DNA of 64,000 nt. Origin: an uncultured Acidobacteriota bacterium (GTDB lineage: Bacteria > Acidobacteriota > Vicinamibacteria > Vicinamibacterales > CAVVIG01). Each line of letters starts with the position of its first letter. The stretch's first letter is position 1. Positions 54,884 to 64,000 of this stretch are shown here, one piece after another. The translations under genes were made by a program, and so were the position numbers. Below the pieces are notes generated by a model, which was not told where the DNA came from, did no database searches, and was given only the letters and a program-made list of their open reading frames with translations. The stretch lies in the NCBI GenBank assembly GCA_963773035.1, contig CAVYZX010000004.1, positions 470,642 to 534,641 of the forward strand, read 5' to 3'.

Positions 54884-56440
54884 ATGTGGACAACTTCTCT
54901 CTTTCGAGTGACGCCGGTCGCCTGCGCTCTCTTCGCGTTGACGACAGTGCGGCCGATCCACGCGCAGGATGTGCCGACCGTTTTCATTCACGGCTTGGCA
55001 TCGAGCGGCGCAACCTGGGAAGGTGCCGCCGACCGTTTGCAGGCGCGGCTCTCGATCACGCCTTATCGACCCAACCTCAGCTGGCGAAGCACGTTCGAGT
55101 CGCAGGGTGACGGTCTGCAAGCCCAGCTCGGATGGTTGCCTGCATCGACGGTGGCCGTCGGTCATAGTAACGGAGGCCTGGTTGCGCGTCAGTGGAGCCG
55201 GCTCCATCCTCTCAACGGCATCGTCACCCTCGGAACGCCGAATCAAGGCGCACCGCTCGCATACAACGCGCTGTCTTGGATCTGGTTCGACTTCAACGCC
55301 GGCAGCGTCATCACCGACATCTTCAATGCTTTTGGCCGAGACTGCTGCGATTGGTACTGGATTCTGAGCCAGGTAGGCGATGTCGCCGACTGGGTCCGGT
55401 ATTGGTTGAGCCTGCATCCCGCCGCCATGGCCAGCACGCTGGGCATCGAGTTTGGCGCGCCGGTCCTCGGTCAAATGGCTTCGGACTCACCCGCCAGTTT
55501 GAATTCACCCGACAATCTCAACAAAGAGGCCAGCGTCGTACCTTCACGTGTTGGCATTTCGGTCGTCGCTCACAACTTCTACTGGGCGGGTCCGTTCCGC
55601 GCCATCTGGCCCGAGTGGGGGGACGGCGTCGCGACGGTCATGTATGCGGCTTCGACGGGTCTGAACTATTGGGCGACTTACCTCTGGGCGACCGCAGATC
55701 CAGGAGACACCCGCGCCATGGATCTCGCGAATGCTCTTTGGAACGCGTCGGCGTGGATCACGTGGATCGATCCAGCCTGGTGTAACTACGTCTCAGTCGC
55801 AGGCGGCAGTTTCTGTACGGCCAACGACACAGTCGTGCCGGAATGGAGTCAAGTTTACCCAGCCGCGTTCTGGATACGCATTCCCGATGAAGGCCCGGCG
55901 CATATTCAGGAAACCAGCCAAAGCGACGACGTGCTTTACACCGCGCTCACGAACGTCGTGGGCGTACCACCACGTGGTTCCCCGTCCGGTGGTGGCGGTG
56001 GCGGCCCCTCCACTCTGGCCGTCAGCCTCCGTGCCGACAACGGCCAGTTCGTGGTGGCCGAAGGGGGCGGCGGAGGCGCGGTCAACGCCAACCGCAACGA
56101 CGTCGGGCCTTGGGAAACCTTCACGCTTTTCGATCTCAACGGCGGCACTTTGATGGATGGGGATCCGGTGGCATTCCAGACCAACTCTTCACACTACCTG
56201 CAGGCCGTCTGGGGTGGTGGAGACACGATGCTCGCTGTGGGAGGCTACGCGGGCCCCTGGGAAACATTCACTCTCGTGGATCTCGACCGTCCCGGAGGCG
56301 CCGTGCAGTCTTGGGATGCGATTGCGCTTCAAAGCAACTACGGCTACTTCGTCGTCGCCGAGCAAGGGGGCGGCGATGTCGTCAATGCGAACCGGACATG
56401 GATTGGTCCGTGGGAAACGTTCCGATTGTTCGTTCATTGA
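54884..56440 (+). CDS. Secreted lipase-like alpha/beta hydrolase fused to a C-terminal three-repeat beta-trefoil (fascin-like) domain
   Basis: Contains VFIHGLASSG, VAVGHSNGGLVARQW (GxSxG), NDTVVP and GPAHIQ (candidate Asp and His). Three repeats each end in GPWETF(T/R)L. The gene starts 4 nt after the upstream stop. Confidence 0.75.
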   Translation: MWTTSLFRVTPVACALFALTTVRPIHAQDVPTVFIHGLASSGATWEGAADRLQARLSITPYRPNLSWRSTFESQGDGLQAQLGWLPASTVAVGHSNGGLVARQWSRLHPLNGIVTLGTPNQGAPLAYNALSWIWFDFNAGSVITDIFNAFGRDCCDWYWILSQVGDVADWVRYWLSLHPAAMASTLGIEFGAPVLGQMASDSPASLNSPDNLNKEASVVPSRVGISVVAHNFYWAGPFRAIWPEWGDGVATVMYAASTGLNYWATYLWATADPGDTRAMDLANALWNASAWITWIDPAWCNYVSVAGGSFCTANDTVVPEWSQVYPAAFWIRIPDEGPAHIQETSQSDDVLYTALTNVVGVPPRGSPSGGGGGGPSTLAVSLRADNGQFVVAEGGGGGAVNANRNDVGPWETFTLFDLNGGTLMDGDPVAFQTNSSHYLQAVWGGGDTMLAVGGYAGPWETFTLVDLDRPGGAVQSWDAIALQSNYGYFVVAEQGGGDVVNANRTWIGPWETFRLFVH

Positions 56441-57621
56441 GAGTGAGTTGGGCGGTGTTTTGGAGACGGCGAAGGAAGCTAATTGGTCCGATTGCGACCT
56501 CCGCGATCTTCGGAGTCGTGCAAGGAGGCATCCCGAGCGGCGTCCAGTCAACGCTCAGTTCGGAACCGGTACAGCTGTGGCACGTTGAAGGAGTCGGACG
56601 CGGTCTTCCCGCGGCCGACTCCTCGACCGCCTATTTCCTGACGAAGCAGCACGAGGTGCTGGCGGTCGACATGATTAGTGGAGCCGTGCGATGGAGGCGC
56701 GACACTGGTGTGGCCGACGAAGCAACCTGGGGATCCCGCCTGGTACTTGCCGGATCGGTTGTCGTCGCCGGCGATTACGATGTCGTGGCTTTCGATCGAA
56801 CGAATGGCGCTCTCCGCTGGCGCTTCTCGCCGGTCGATGGGTACGGCCCAGGAATCTACCTGGGCGGGGCTTCTGACGGACTCGTATTTACCGGCTCGCC
56901 CTCCGGGCGGGTGTATGCCGTCGACGACACGTCGGGCGAGTTGCGCTGGTCGGCGCTCATCGAAGACGACGGAACCAGCACGGTATTCCAACCAGCCGTG
57001 GATCGGGACCTGGTCGTAGCCGGCTATACCACGTTTACCGCACCAGCCAGAGGCGGCATAGTAGCGCTCGATCTTTCTACGGGCCACGAGCGATGGCGAA
57101 CAGCGTTTCCGCGTTCGGACAACGTCTCGCTCGGTTCGGCATGGGCCGGAGGGCCGCTCCCGCTGCACGACTTGATCGTTGCCGCCAGCAGCAGCGGTGA
57201 AATCTACGGCTTGGACCGCAACGATGGATCGATCCGCTGGTCGTTGCCGCGAGTCGGCGACTCGTGTGTTGGTAGTGCGAGTTCACCGAGTCAGGACTTT
57301 CGGCCGCTTTCGGTCACAGGCCGGACGCTCGTGGCCGGATCTCTCACCGGGTGTCTGGAGGCGTTCAATCTCGACACTCGATTCGTGCTCTGGCGCCATC
57401 CTGGGTTGGACGATGGTTCGGTAGCATTCAGCGTCGTCGCGGACAACCAGACGGTTTACGTTCCGTACGTCGGCGGGCGATTGCGAGCCTTCGACGTGTC
57501 GGACGGAAAGCTGCGATGGGAAATCGGAGACGCGCGAAGACGATTCCGCTGGCCTCCGGCTTTAGCGGAGGGACTCATGCTCGTCGCGTCGGCGGAGGGA
57601 TTCTTTGGGTTTCGGCCGTAG
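56437..57621 (+). CDS. PQQ-like (BamB-type) beta-propeller repeat protein
   Basis: Repeated G...W(R/S) blades are present (GAVRWRR, GALRWRF, GELRWSA, GHERWRT, GSIRWSL, FVLWRH, GKLRWEI). TTG 56437 overlaps the upstream stop as TTGA. GTG 56443 is an alternative start. Confidence 0.7.
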   Translation: MRVSWAVFWRRRRKLIGPIATSAIFGVVQGGIPSGVQSTLSSEPVQLWHVEGVGRGLPAADSSTAYFLTKQHEVLAVDMISGAVRWRRDTGVADEATWGSRLVLAGSVVVAGDYDVVAFDRTNGALRWRFSPVDGYGPGIYLGGASDGLVFTGSPSGRVYAVDDTSGELRWSALIEDDGTSTVFQPAVDRDLVVAGYTTFTAPARGGIVALDLSTGHERWRTAFPRSDNVSLGSAWAGGPLPLHDLIVAASSSGEIYGLDRNDGSIRWSLPRVGDSCVGSASSPSQDFRPLSVTGRTLVAGSLTGCLEAFNLDTRFVLWRHPGLDDGSVAFSVVADNQTVYVPYVGGRLRAFDVSDGKLRWEIGDARRRFRWPPALAEGLMLVASAEGFFGFRP

Positions 57622-57644
57622 CTCACGAACGGAGAGACAACGAC

Positions 57645-58073
57645 ATGACCGGTCGATTGATACGTGTAGGCCTGATCGTCGTGACGATGTGGGTTGCGGC
57701 ATGCGACTCGTCCAGTCCGAGCACGCCCGAAAACCCGGCAGATCCATTTGCGGGTGTGTGGTCAGGTCCGATCGCCGACCAGCAATCAGCAAGCGGCACA
57801 CTCAGGTTTGAGCTCGCCGCCGGACCCGCCGGCGCCGTGAGCGGTACTTGGACCGCTACGTTCTCGAACCCGGCCAACAACAATGGCGGCGCCGTCACAT
57901 CGACGGTAGCCCTCCCGCCGCCTCTGGTCTTCACGGCACTATGCACACAATCCGGCCGAGGGATCGTCGCCTTTACGATGACCGCAACCGACAATCGCAC
58001 GATGAGTGGCACATACGACGGCATTACGTGCAACGGCCTGGTGCGCGGCACGACTGCGTTGACCAAACAATGA
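57645..58073 (+). CDS. Small lipoprotein
   Basis: ATG follows GGAGAG. MTGRLIRVGLIVVTMWVAAC is a lipobox. The rest is rich in beta-type G.W.G...SG.L patterns. Confidence 0.65.
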   Translation: MTGRLIRVGLIVVTMWVAACDSSSPSTPENPADPFAGVWSGPIADQQSASGTLRFELAAGPAGAVSGTWTATFSNPANNNGGAVTSTVALPPPLVFTALCTQSGRGIVAFTMTATDNRTMSGTYDGITCNGLVRGTTALTKQ

Positions 58074-58663
58074 GACGAGCGATTGTCGTCGCGCTTCTCT
58101 TCTCGGCTGCCTGTGATCGTCGCGAGGCTACGCAACCCACACCAACATCAGTGTCGGACAACTACCAGCTCACGCCAGGCCCTCAAGCGTTGGAAGTGGG
58201 TGGCTATGGCTTTTCGAACGTTCCCGACCTGCCGGCGTGCACGCCGATTGGTTCTCCGCACGACGGCACGTTCGTGCTCACTCCTTTGACGCTGACGCGG
58301 GAAGGTGGCGAGTGGGTCGCGCGGACCCCTCCAGGAGTGAGCGGCCGTCTCGAGCTTCGTTTTCACGAAAGCGGTCAGTCGTTGTTCGGCCGGCTCGTCT
58401 CGGGAACGATAAGTGGCGTCGCCTTGCACCAGGACAGCATCATCCCCTATCCACCTCGAGACGTCCGAGTCCTCCTCGCAGGCGCTGATGGAACCGGACC
58501 CGCTCAGGTCGAAGGGACGATCCCGGCGTCTTCGTCCCACCCGCGCGGCCGCATTACCGGCACGATTGGATTCAGCGACCGAGCCGGATTCGACAGGAGC
58601 ACCTGCTCGGTCGTTGAATGGTCGCTCCAGCCTGCGACGGGGGTTTTCCTCGGTGCGCCCTGA
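58070..58663 (+). CDS. Small lipoprotein, translationally coupled to the previous gene
   Basis: ATGA overlap with the upstream stop. MRRAIVVALLFSAAC is a lipobox. Confidence 0.65.
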   Translation: MRRAIVVALLFSAACDRREATQPTPTSVSDNYQLTPGPQALEVGGYGFSNVPDLPACTPIGSPHDGTFVLTPLTLTREGGEWVARTPPGVSGRLELRFHESGQSLFGRLVSGTISGVALHQDSIIPYPPRDVRVLLAGADGTGPAQVEGTIPASSSHPRGRITGTIGFSDRAGFDRSTCSVVEWSLQPATGVFLGAP

Positions 58664-58701
58664 GACTTCGGGCCCGGAACTAAGGGAGAATGAACCTCTG
58701 A

Positions 58702-61661
58702 ATGTTGCTCCTGGAGCCCATGATGCACGCCCATCACGCGACAGTCACTCTCATCGCCGTCATGCTCGCCTCTGCGTTGTTTGCGCAATCGTCGGACTCG
58801 AATCGTCGGTCTCCCGACGCCGCTGTCCTGCCGTTTCAGGCGACAGAGACCACGCTGCCAAACGATCTCAGAGTGATCGTCGTGCCAACCGGATTTCCGA
58901 ATCTGGTCAGCGTCCAGATCGTGGTCCAGGCGGGATCGCGCAACGAAGTCGAGCCGGGCAAGTCTGGCTTCGCGCACTTCTTCGAGCATCTGATGTTTCG
59001 CGGCACGCCCACGAACCCACCGGACCGATATCAGCAAATCATGCGCAAGGCAGGGGCGCGCGACAATGCCAGCACCGGTGACGACTTCACTCGCTACTAC
59101 TCGACGTTTGCCAAAGAGGATCTCGACACGGTCTTAGGGCTATACGCCGACATGTTCCAGAATCTGGCCTATTCAGAGGCTGATTTCAGGACGGAGGCGC
59201 GCGCCATTCTCGGCGAGTACAACAAGAACAGCGCGGAGCCTCTGCTCAAGCTGTACGAGGTTCAGCGCGATCGCTTCTATCAAGCGCATACGTACAAGCA
59301 CACCACGATGGGCTTTATCAAAGATATCGAAAACATGCCGAACGAGTAACGCGTACTCGAAGGTGTTCTTCGATCGCTGGTATCGGCCGCAATACACCAC
59401 GCTGATCGTCGCGGGGGATGTATCGCCCGCGCAGGTTTTACCGTTGATCACGAAACACTGGGGCCCGTGGAAGCCTGGCGTGCCGAGCGCGATCTCGATC
59501 CCGAAGGAGCCAACGCCGCAAGGCCCGATGTATGCCCATGTTCCTTGGCCTGCCGAGACGCTGCCATGGGTCACCGTCGGATTCCTGGCGCCTGCATTCG
59601 ATGCGCACGGGAAGGACTTTGCCGGAGCGGCTCTGCTCGGGACCTTGTACTTCGGTCCAACTTCCGACTTGTACAAGAAGCTGGTCGTCGCCGAGCAGAA
59701 GGTCGATCAGTTACGCGTCGACGTTCCTTCGAGCATCGATCCGTCGCTGTTTACCGTGCTCGCGCGGCTGAAGAGCCCGGGCGACGCAACCTATGTTCGA
59801 AACGAGATTCTCTCGACGTTTGCGCGCGCCAGAACCAACGCTGGTACCGACGGATCGCCTGGCCGCCGCTCAATCGTTCAATCGATACTCATTCGCGCGG
59901 ACCGTCGACAGCTCCGAACGGGTCGCCGTCGCGGTGGCAGATTTCGCCGCCTACACGCGCTCGTACGGGACCGCCAACGACTTCTACAACACGCTGGCCG
60001 ATGTGTCGCCGACAGATCTTCAGCACACCGCCTCGAAATATTTCGTCGATCGAGGCCTCATCGTCACAACGCTGTCGCACGAGCCACTGCCGGCGGGCAT
60101 CGAGCAGGTGCCGGCGCTGCCATCTGTTGACAAGCCTGCCGCGCCTTCCGGTCCGGCCGCGACCGCCCTGCCGCCACAGGAACGGACGGCACAGGAGCTC
60201 GCGCAAAGCGGCACAGGCCGAGCGGTGGCTGGTGGGGATCTGCAGTTCGTTCTCCAGAAATCCGAACTACCGCAGCTGAACGTGAAACTGCTGTTTACCG
60301 TCGGATCTGCTCACGATCCTGTAGGTAAAGAGGGCCTCGCCGCTCTGACTGCCGCCATGATGAGCAGGGCTGGCTCTGCAAAGATGACGATCGACGAAAT
60401 CGATCTCGCGCTCTACCCCACTGCAGGATCGTTCGTGGGCCGGGCCGACAAGGAAGTGACGTCATTCACAGGGAATATTCATCGTGACACGTGGAGAACG
60501 CTGAACGATATCGCGCTGCCTCAGCTCCTCGATCAAGGTTGGCGGCAGGACGATTTCGAGCGGCTGAAAGCTCGTCAGCTCAACGCCTTGGTACAGGATC
60601 TGCGCTCGAACAACGAGGAAGAGCTGGGCAAGGAGCGTCTGCAGGCCAACATCTTCCGTGGCACTCCGTACGGGCATGTCGCGCTCGGAACGGTTGCGGG
60701 CATTCGGGCGATCACGATGGACGACGTGAAGGCCTTCGCGCGCCAGATGTACACGAGGGCGAATCTCACCGTCGGTCTGAGCGGGAATGTCCCTGGCGAG
60801 ATGGTCGCCGACCTTCAAGCGCGGTTGCGCGAGCTGCCAGAGGGCCCTGCCGCGTCACGCGTCAAGATCGAGGCGTCACATCGTGGCGGCATCGACGTGG
60901 AGATTCTCGAGAAGGACACACGCGCAACGGCAATTTCCTTTGGGTTCCCGATCGACGTAACCCGTGCTCATCCGGATTTTCCAGCGCTCTCGGTGGCACG
61001 GGCATGGTTGGGCGAGCACCGGATGTCCTCCGGTCGCCTCTACCAGCAGATTCGTGAAATCAGGGGGATCAACTACGGCGACTACGCGTACATCGAGGCT
61101 TTTCCGCGCGGCATGTTTCAGTTCTTTCCAGACCCGAACGTCGCACGAAGTCGTCAGATCTTCGAGGTCTGGATTCGGCCCGTCGTGCCCGCCAACGCAC
61201 ACATGACCCTGAGAATCGCAGTGTACGAGCTGGGAAAGCTCATCCAGAACGGACTGTCGAGAGACGATTTCGACGCGGCACGTGACTACCTGATGAAAAA
61301 CGTCTACGTGATGACTGCCAGACAGGATCAACAACTTGGCTATGCGCTCGACTCTCGGTGGTACGGGATTCGGGAGTTCACGGAATACATGCGCGGCGCC
61401 CTCCAAACACTGACCGTCGACCAGGTCAATTCGGCAATCAGGCGACACTTCACCGCGCAAAATCTTTCGGTCGTGATCATCACTAAAGACGCAGCGGGTC
61501 TAAAACAGGCGCTCGTGTCCGATGCGTTTTCGCCGATTCGCTACGACGGCGAGAAGCCCCAGGCATTGCTGGACGAGGATCAGATCATCGGGAAATTTCC
61601 GTTGAATATCGCGGCGGCGAACGTCGCGATCACGCCGATTGCCGAGGTCTTTTCGAAATAG
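58702..61661 (+). pseudogene. Double-unit M16 (pitrilysin/PqqL-like) zinc peptidase, interrupted by two frameshifts
   Basis: Active site: HFFEHLMFRGT (HxxEH). ORF1 ends at TAA 59347-59349, but the +1 frame continues NAYSKVFFDRWYRPQYTTLIVAGD. A second shift lies near 59821-59835, where FARAR(TN...) changes to (R)APEPTLVPTDRLAAAQSF at a GCGCGCGCC run. The third ORF then runs intact to 61661 through a second M16 unit. Confidence 0.85.
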
Positions 61662-61666
61662 AGATC

Positions 61667-61695
61667 GGGGCACCCTGGGCACCCTGAGGCACCTG
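61667..61695. repeat. Tandem nonamer (GGGCACCCT) of about 3 units between convergent genes
   Basis: Reads GGGGCACCCT GGGCACCCT GAGGCACCT G. Confidence 0.75.
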
Positions 61696-61700
61696 TATTT

Positions 61701-64000
61701 CTATTCAGGCAAATAATGCAGCAACTTCAGGATGTCCGAAAAGACACCCATGGCTGTGACGTCCGCGCCGGCGCCAGGCCCCTGGACCACGAGAGCGGTC
61801 CGCGAATAGCGCTTGGTCGTGAAGGCGATGATGTTATCGCTGCCCTTCACCGATGCCAGCGGGTGAATGCGGGGGCATTCTTGTAGCGCGGCCCTCGCGC
61901 GTCCGTTTTCCAGAACGCCTACGTACCGCATCACGCTCCCCCGCGACCGGGCATCGTTCAGCCGCTTGTGCATCTCGTGATCGTATCGAGCAAGAGCCGC
62001 AAAGAACCGTGGGGAGTACGCCCCACGACGGAGGGCATTTGGAACGAGGCTGCTCACGCTGACGTCCTGAATGTCCATCCTGAGACCGATCTCACGCGCC
62101 AGAATCAGGAGCTTTCGTGCCACGTCCTGGCCGGACAGGTCCTCACGAGGATCCGGCTCGGTGAGTCCCATCTGACGGGCTTGCGCCACCAGTTCGCTGA
62201 ACGGCGTGCTGCCATCGTAGGTGTTGAATAGATAGCTGAGCGTTCCCGAAAAGATGCCTTCGATCCTGATGATCTCGTCGCCGCTGGCAATCAAATCGCG
62301 CAACGTCGACATGACCGGCAGGCCGGCCCCCACGTTCGCCTCGTACAGGAAGTGTTTCTGCCTCCGCATTAAGAGCTCTTGCAACGCGCGATAGCGATGC
62401 CAAGGCAGCACATTCGCACGCTTGTTCGGCGTGACGATGTGCAGGTTCGCATTGATGAAGGCAGGATAGGCTTCCACGATCGAATCGTCCGCCGTGCAGT
62501 CGACCAGCGCCGCGTTGGTGAGCTCCAAACGCGCGACGGCGTCGGCAAAAGCCCCGGGATTCATCTGACGTCGTGAGGCCGCGAGCACCTCTTGCCAGTG
62601 GGCCAGGTTGATCCCGTCAGGAGATAGCACGAACCGTTTGCTGTTTGCCAGGCCGACGACTGGAACATCGAAGCCTTTCGACAGAAGATGGCTCCGCTGC
62701 TGGTGCAGCTGGCGCAGCAGCGCACCGCCGATGTTGCCGACGCCAATCAAGACCAGCGCGAGCCGCCGACGCTTCTCGAAGAACGCCTGGTGGATCACGT
62801 TGAGCGCGCGCACTTCCTGTGCTGCGTCGATCACACACGAAATGTTTCGCTCGGAGGCACCCTGAGCGATCGCGCTGATGTTGATGTTGTGACGCCCGAG
62901 CGCGCCGAACACGCGGCCGGCAACACCAGGCCGGCCCTTCATCCCGTCACCGACGACAGCGACAATCGCCTGGTCGGGTGCGTGATCGAGACGCGTCAAT
63001 TGCTGCTGGAGCTCGAACCGGAATTCGTTTTCGATCGCGTCAATCGCCTTGGCGGCGTCGACTCGCCGAACCGCGAAGCAGATGGTGTGCTCGGAGGAGG
63101 CCTGCGAAATGAGAATCACGCTCACCCCTCGGGATGCGAGCGTGCGGAACAGCCGTTCGGCCGTGCCTGGCACACCGACCATGCTCGCGCTTCGCAAGGT
63201 CAGGAGCGAGATGTCATCGACGGAGCTGATGCCTTTGGCGACGGCCTGCCTGAGCGCCGCTCGCTTGGGTCGAAATGAGCGTCCCCGGCGCACCTGGATT
63301 CAACGTGTTCTTGATCAGAATCGGAATTCGCTTCGCAATCGCCGGCGCAATCGTGGCGGAGTGCAGCACCTTGGCGCCGAAGTAGGAAAGCTCCATCGCC
63401 TCCTCATAGCTGATCTGAGGCAGCGGGAACGCTGCGGGCACTGCCTTCGGGTCGGCGCTCAAGACGCCGTCAACGTCGGTCCAGATCTCAATGGACGACA
63501 CACCGACGGCGGCACCGACGATGGCGGCGCTATAGTCCGACCCGTTGCGGCCGATGGTCGTCGTCCGACCGTCCGGCGTTGCAGCAATGAAGCCGGTCAC
63601 GATTGGGATCACCCGGCCCGAGTGCCGTCGAAAAAGCTTGGCAAAGTAGGTGCGCGTTGCCCGGTTCGTCTTGGCAAACGCCACTGCCGCCTGCGTGAAT
63701 TGATCGTCCGTGACGACGAACTGCCGCGAATCAACGAAGATCGCCGGATGGCGTCTGTTGAGGTGCGCCGCGACGATCAACGCCGAAAGGCGTTCGCCGA
63801 AGCTCGCCGTCATGTCGAGCGCCTGCAGCGGACAGTGTCGGAGCAGGAAGATGCCGTGAAGCGTGTCTCGGAGCTCGGTCAGAAGCCGCTCGGCTTCGGC
63901 TTGGACACGACTCCGCCGTCCAACCAACCGAGCGACTGCCGACCGGTGGCGGCGCGCAATGTCCTGCAGCGTACGCTCGTACGTCGAATCGCCGCGCTCC
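61701..64000 (-). pseudogene. thrA: Bifunctional aspartokinase / homoserine dehydrogenase, with one frameshift; the 5' end runs off the window
   Basis: The AK part (GRNGSDYSAAIVGAA, EIWTDVDGVLSADP, IKNTLNPGAPGTLIS) is in ORF 63214-63927, and that frame stays open to base 64000. After a shift somewhere in 63240-63300 the ORF 61701-63293 continues with AVAKGISSVDDISLLTL, ACT domains, LIGVGNIGGALLRQL and the HSD catalytic domain. Confidence 0.85.

Overview
High-GC (about 64%) bacterial chromosomal segment, densely coding on both strands. The gene content suggests Acidobacteriota (inference only): PadR plus ADOP-type duplicated MacB/FtsX permeases, a BlaI/BlaR1-like pair with a TonB-like C-terminus, a Ser/Thr kinase fused to a TolB-like propeller, and many Tat/lipoprotein exported enzymes. 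I saw no rRNA, tRNA, CRISPR array, transposase, integrase or canonical defence system (RM, TA, CBASS cyclase). Recognisable modules are an Aas-like MFS-acyltransferase, bacterioferritin, a Cfa-family methyltransferase, pncB-pncA NAD salvage, a sulfur-related cluster (DsrE-like, TsdA-like dihaem cytochrome c, TauE-DUF1634), two divergent PQQ-type sugar dehydrogenases, a PrpD-family/intradiol-dioxygenase operon, a DUF1111 dihaem protein, an M16 peptidase and an aspartokinase-homoserine dehydrogenase. Three signals stand out. (1) Short-period (7 or 9 bp) tandem arrays sit exactly at gene boundaries. Several are paired as inverted arms, and one pair brackets a four-helix-bundle (23S-IVS-type) gene. 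(2) A roughly 73-nt nested-hairpin element occurs twice at convergent gene ends. (3) At least six frameshifts interrupt otherwise conserved genes, including an amino-acid biosynthesis gene, thrA. Three of them lie at homopolymer runs, which points to consensus errors rather than decay. The candidate novel systems are uncharacterised exported or membrane operons: a giant CPBP protease with tandem DUF4159 genes and a methyltransferase, a lipase/beta-trefoil/propeller/lipoprotein operon, and an orphan SLATT-like 2TM protein. None of these can be assigned a function from sequence alone. All domain calls are from reading the translations, not from database searches.
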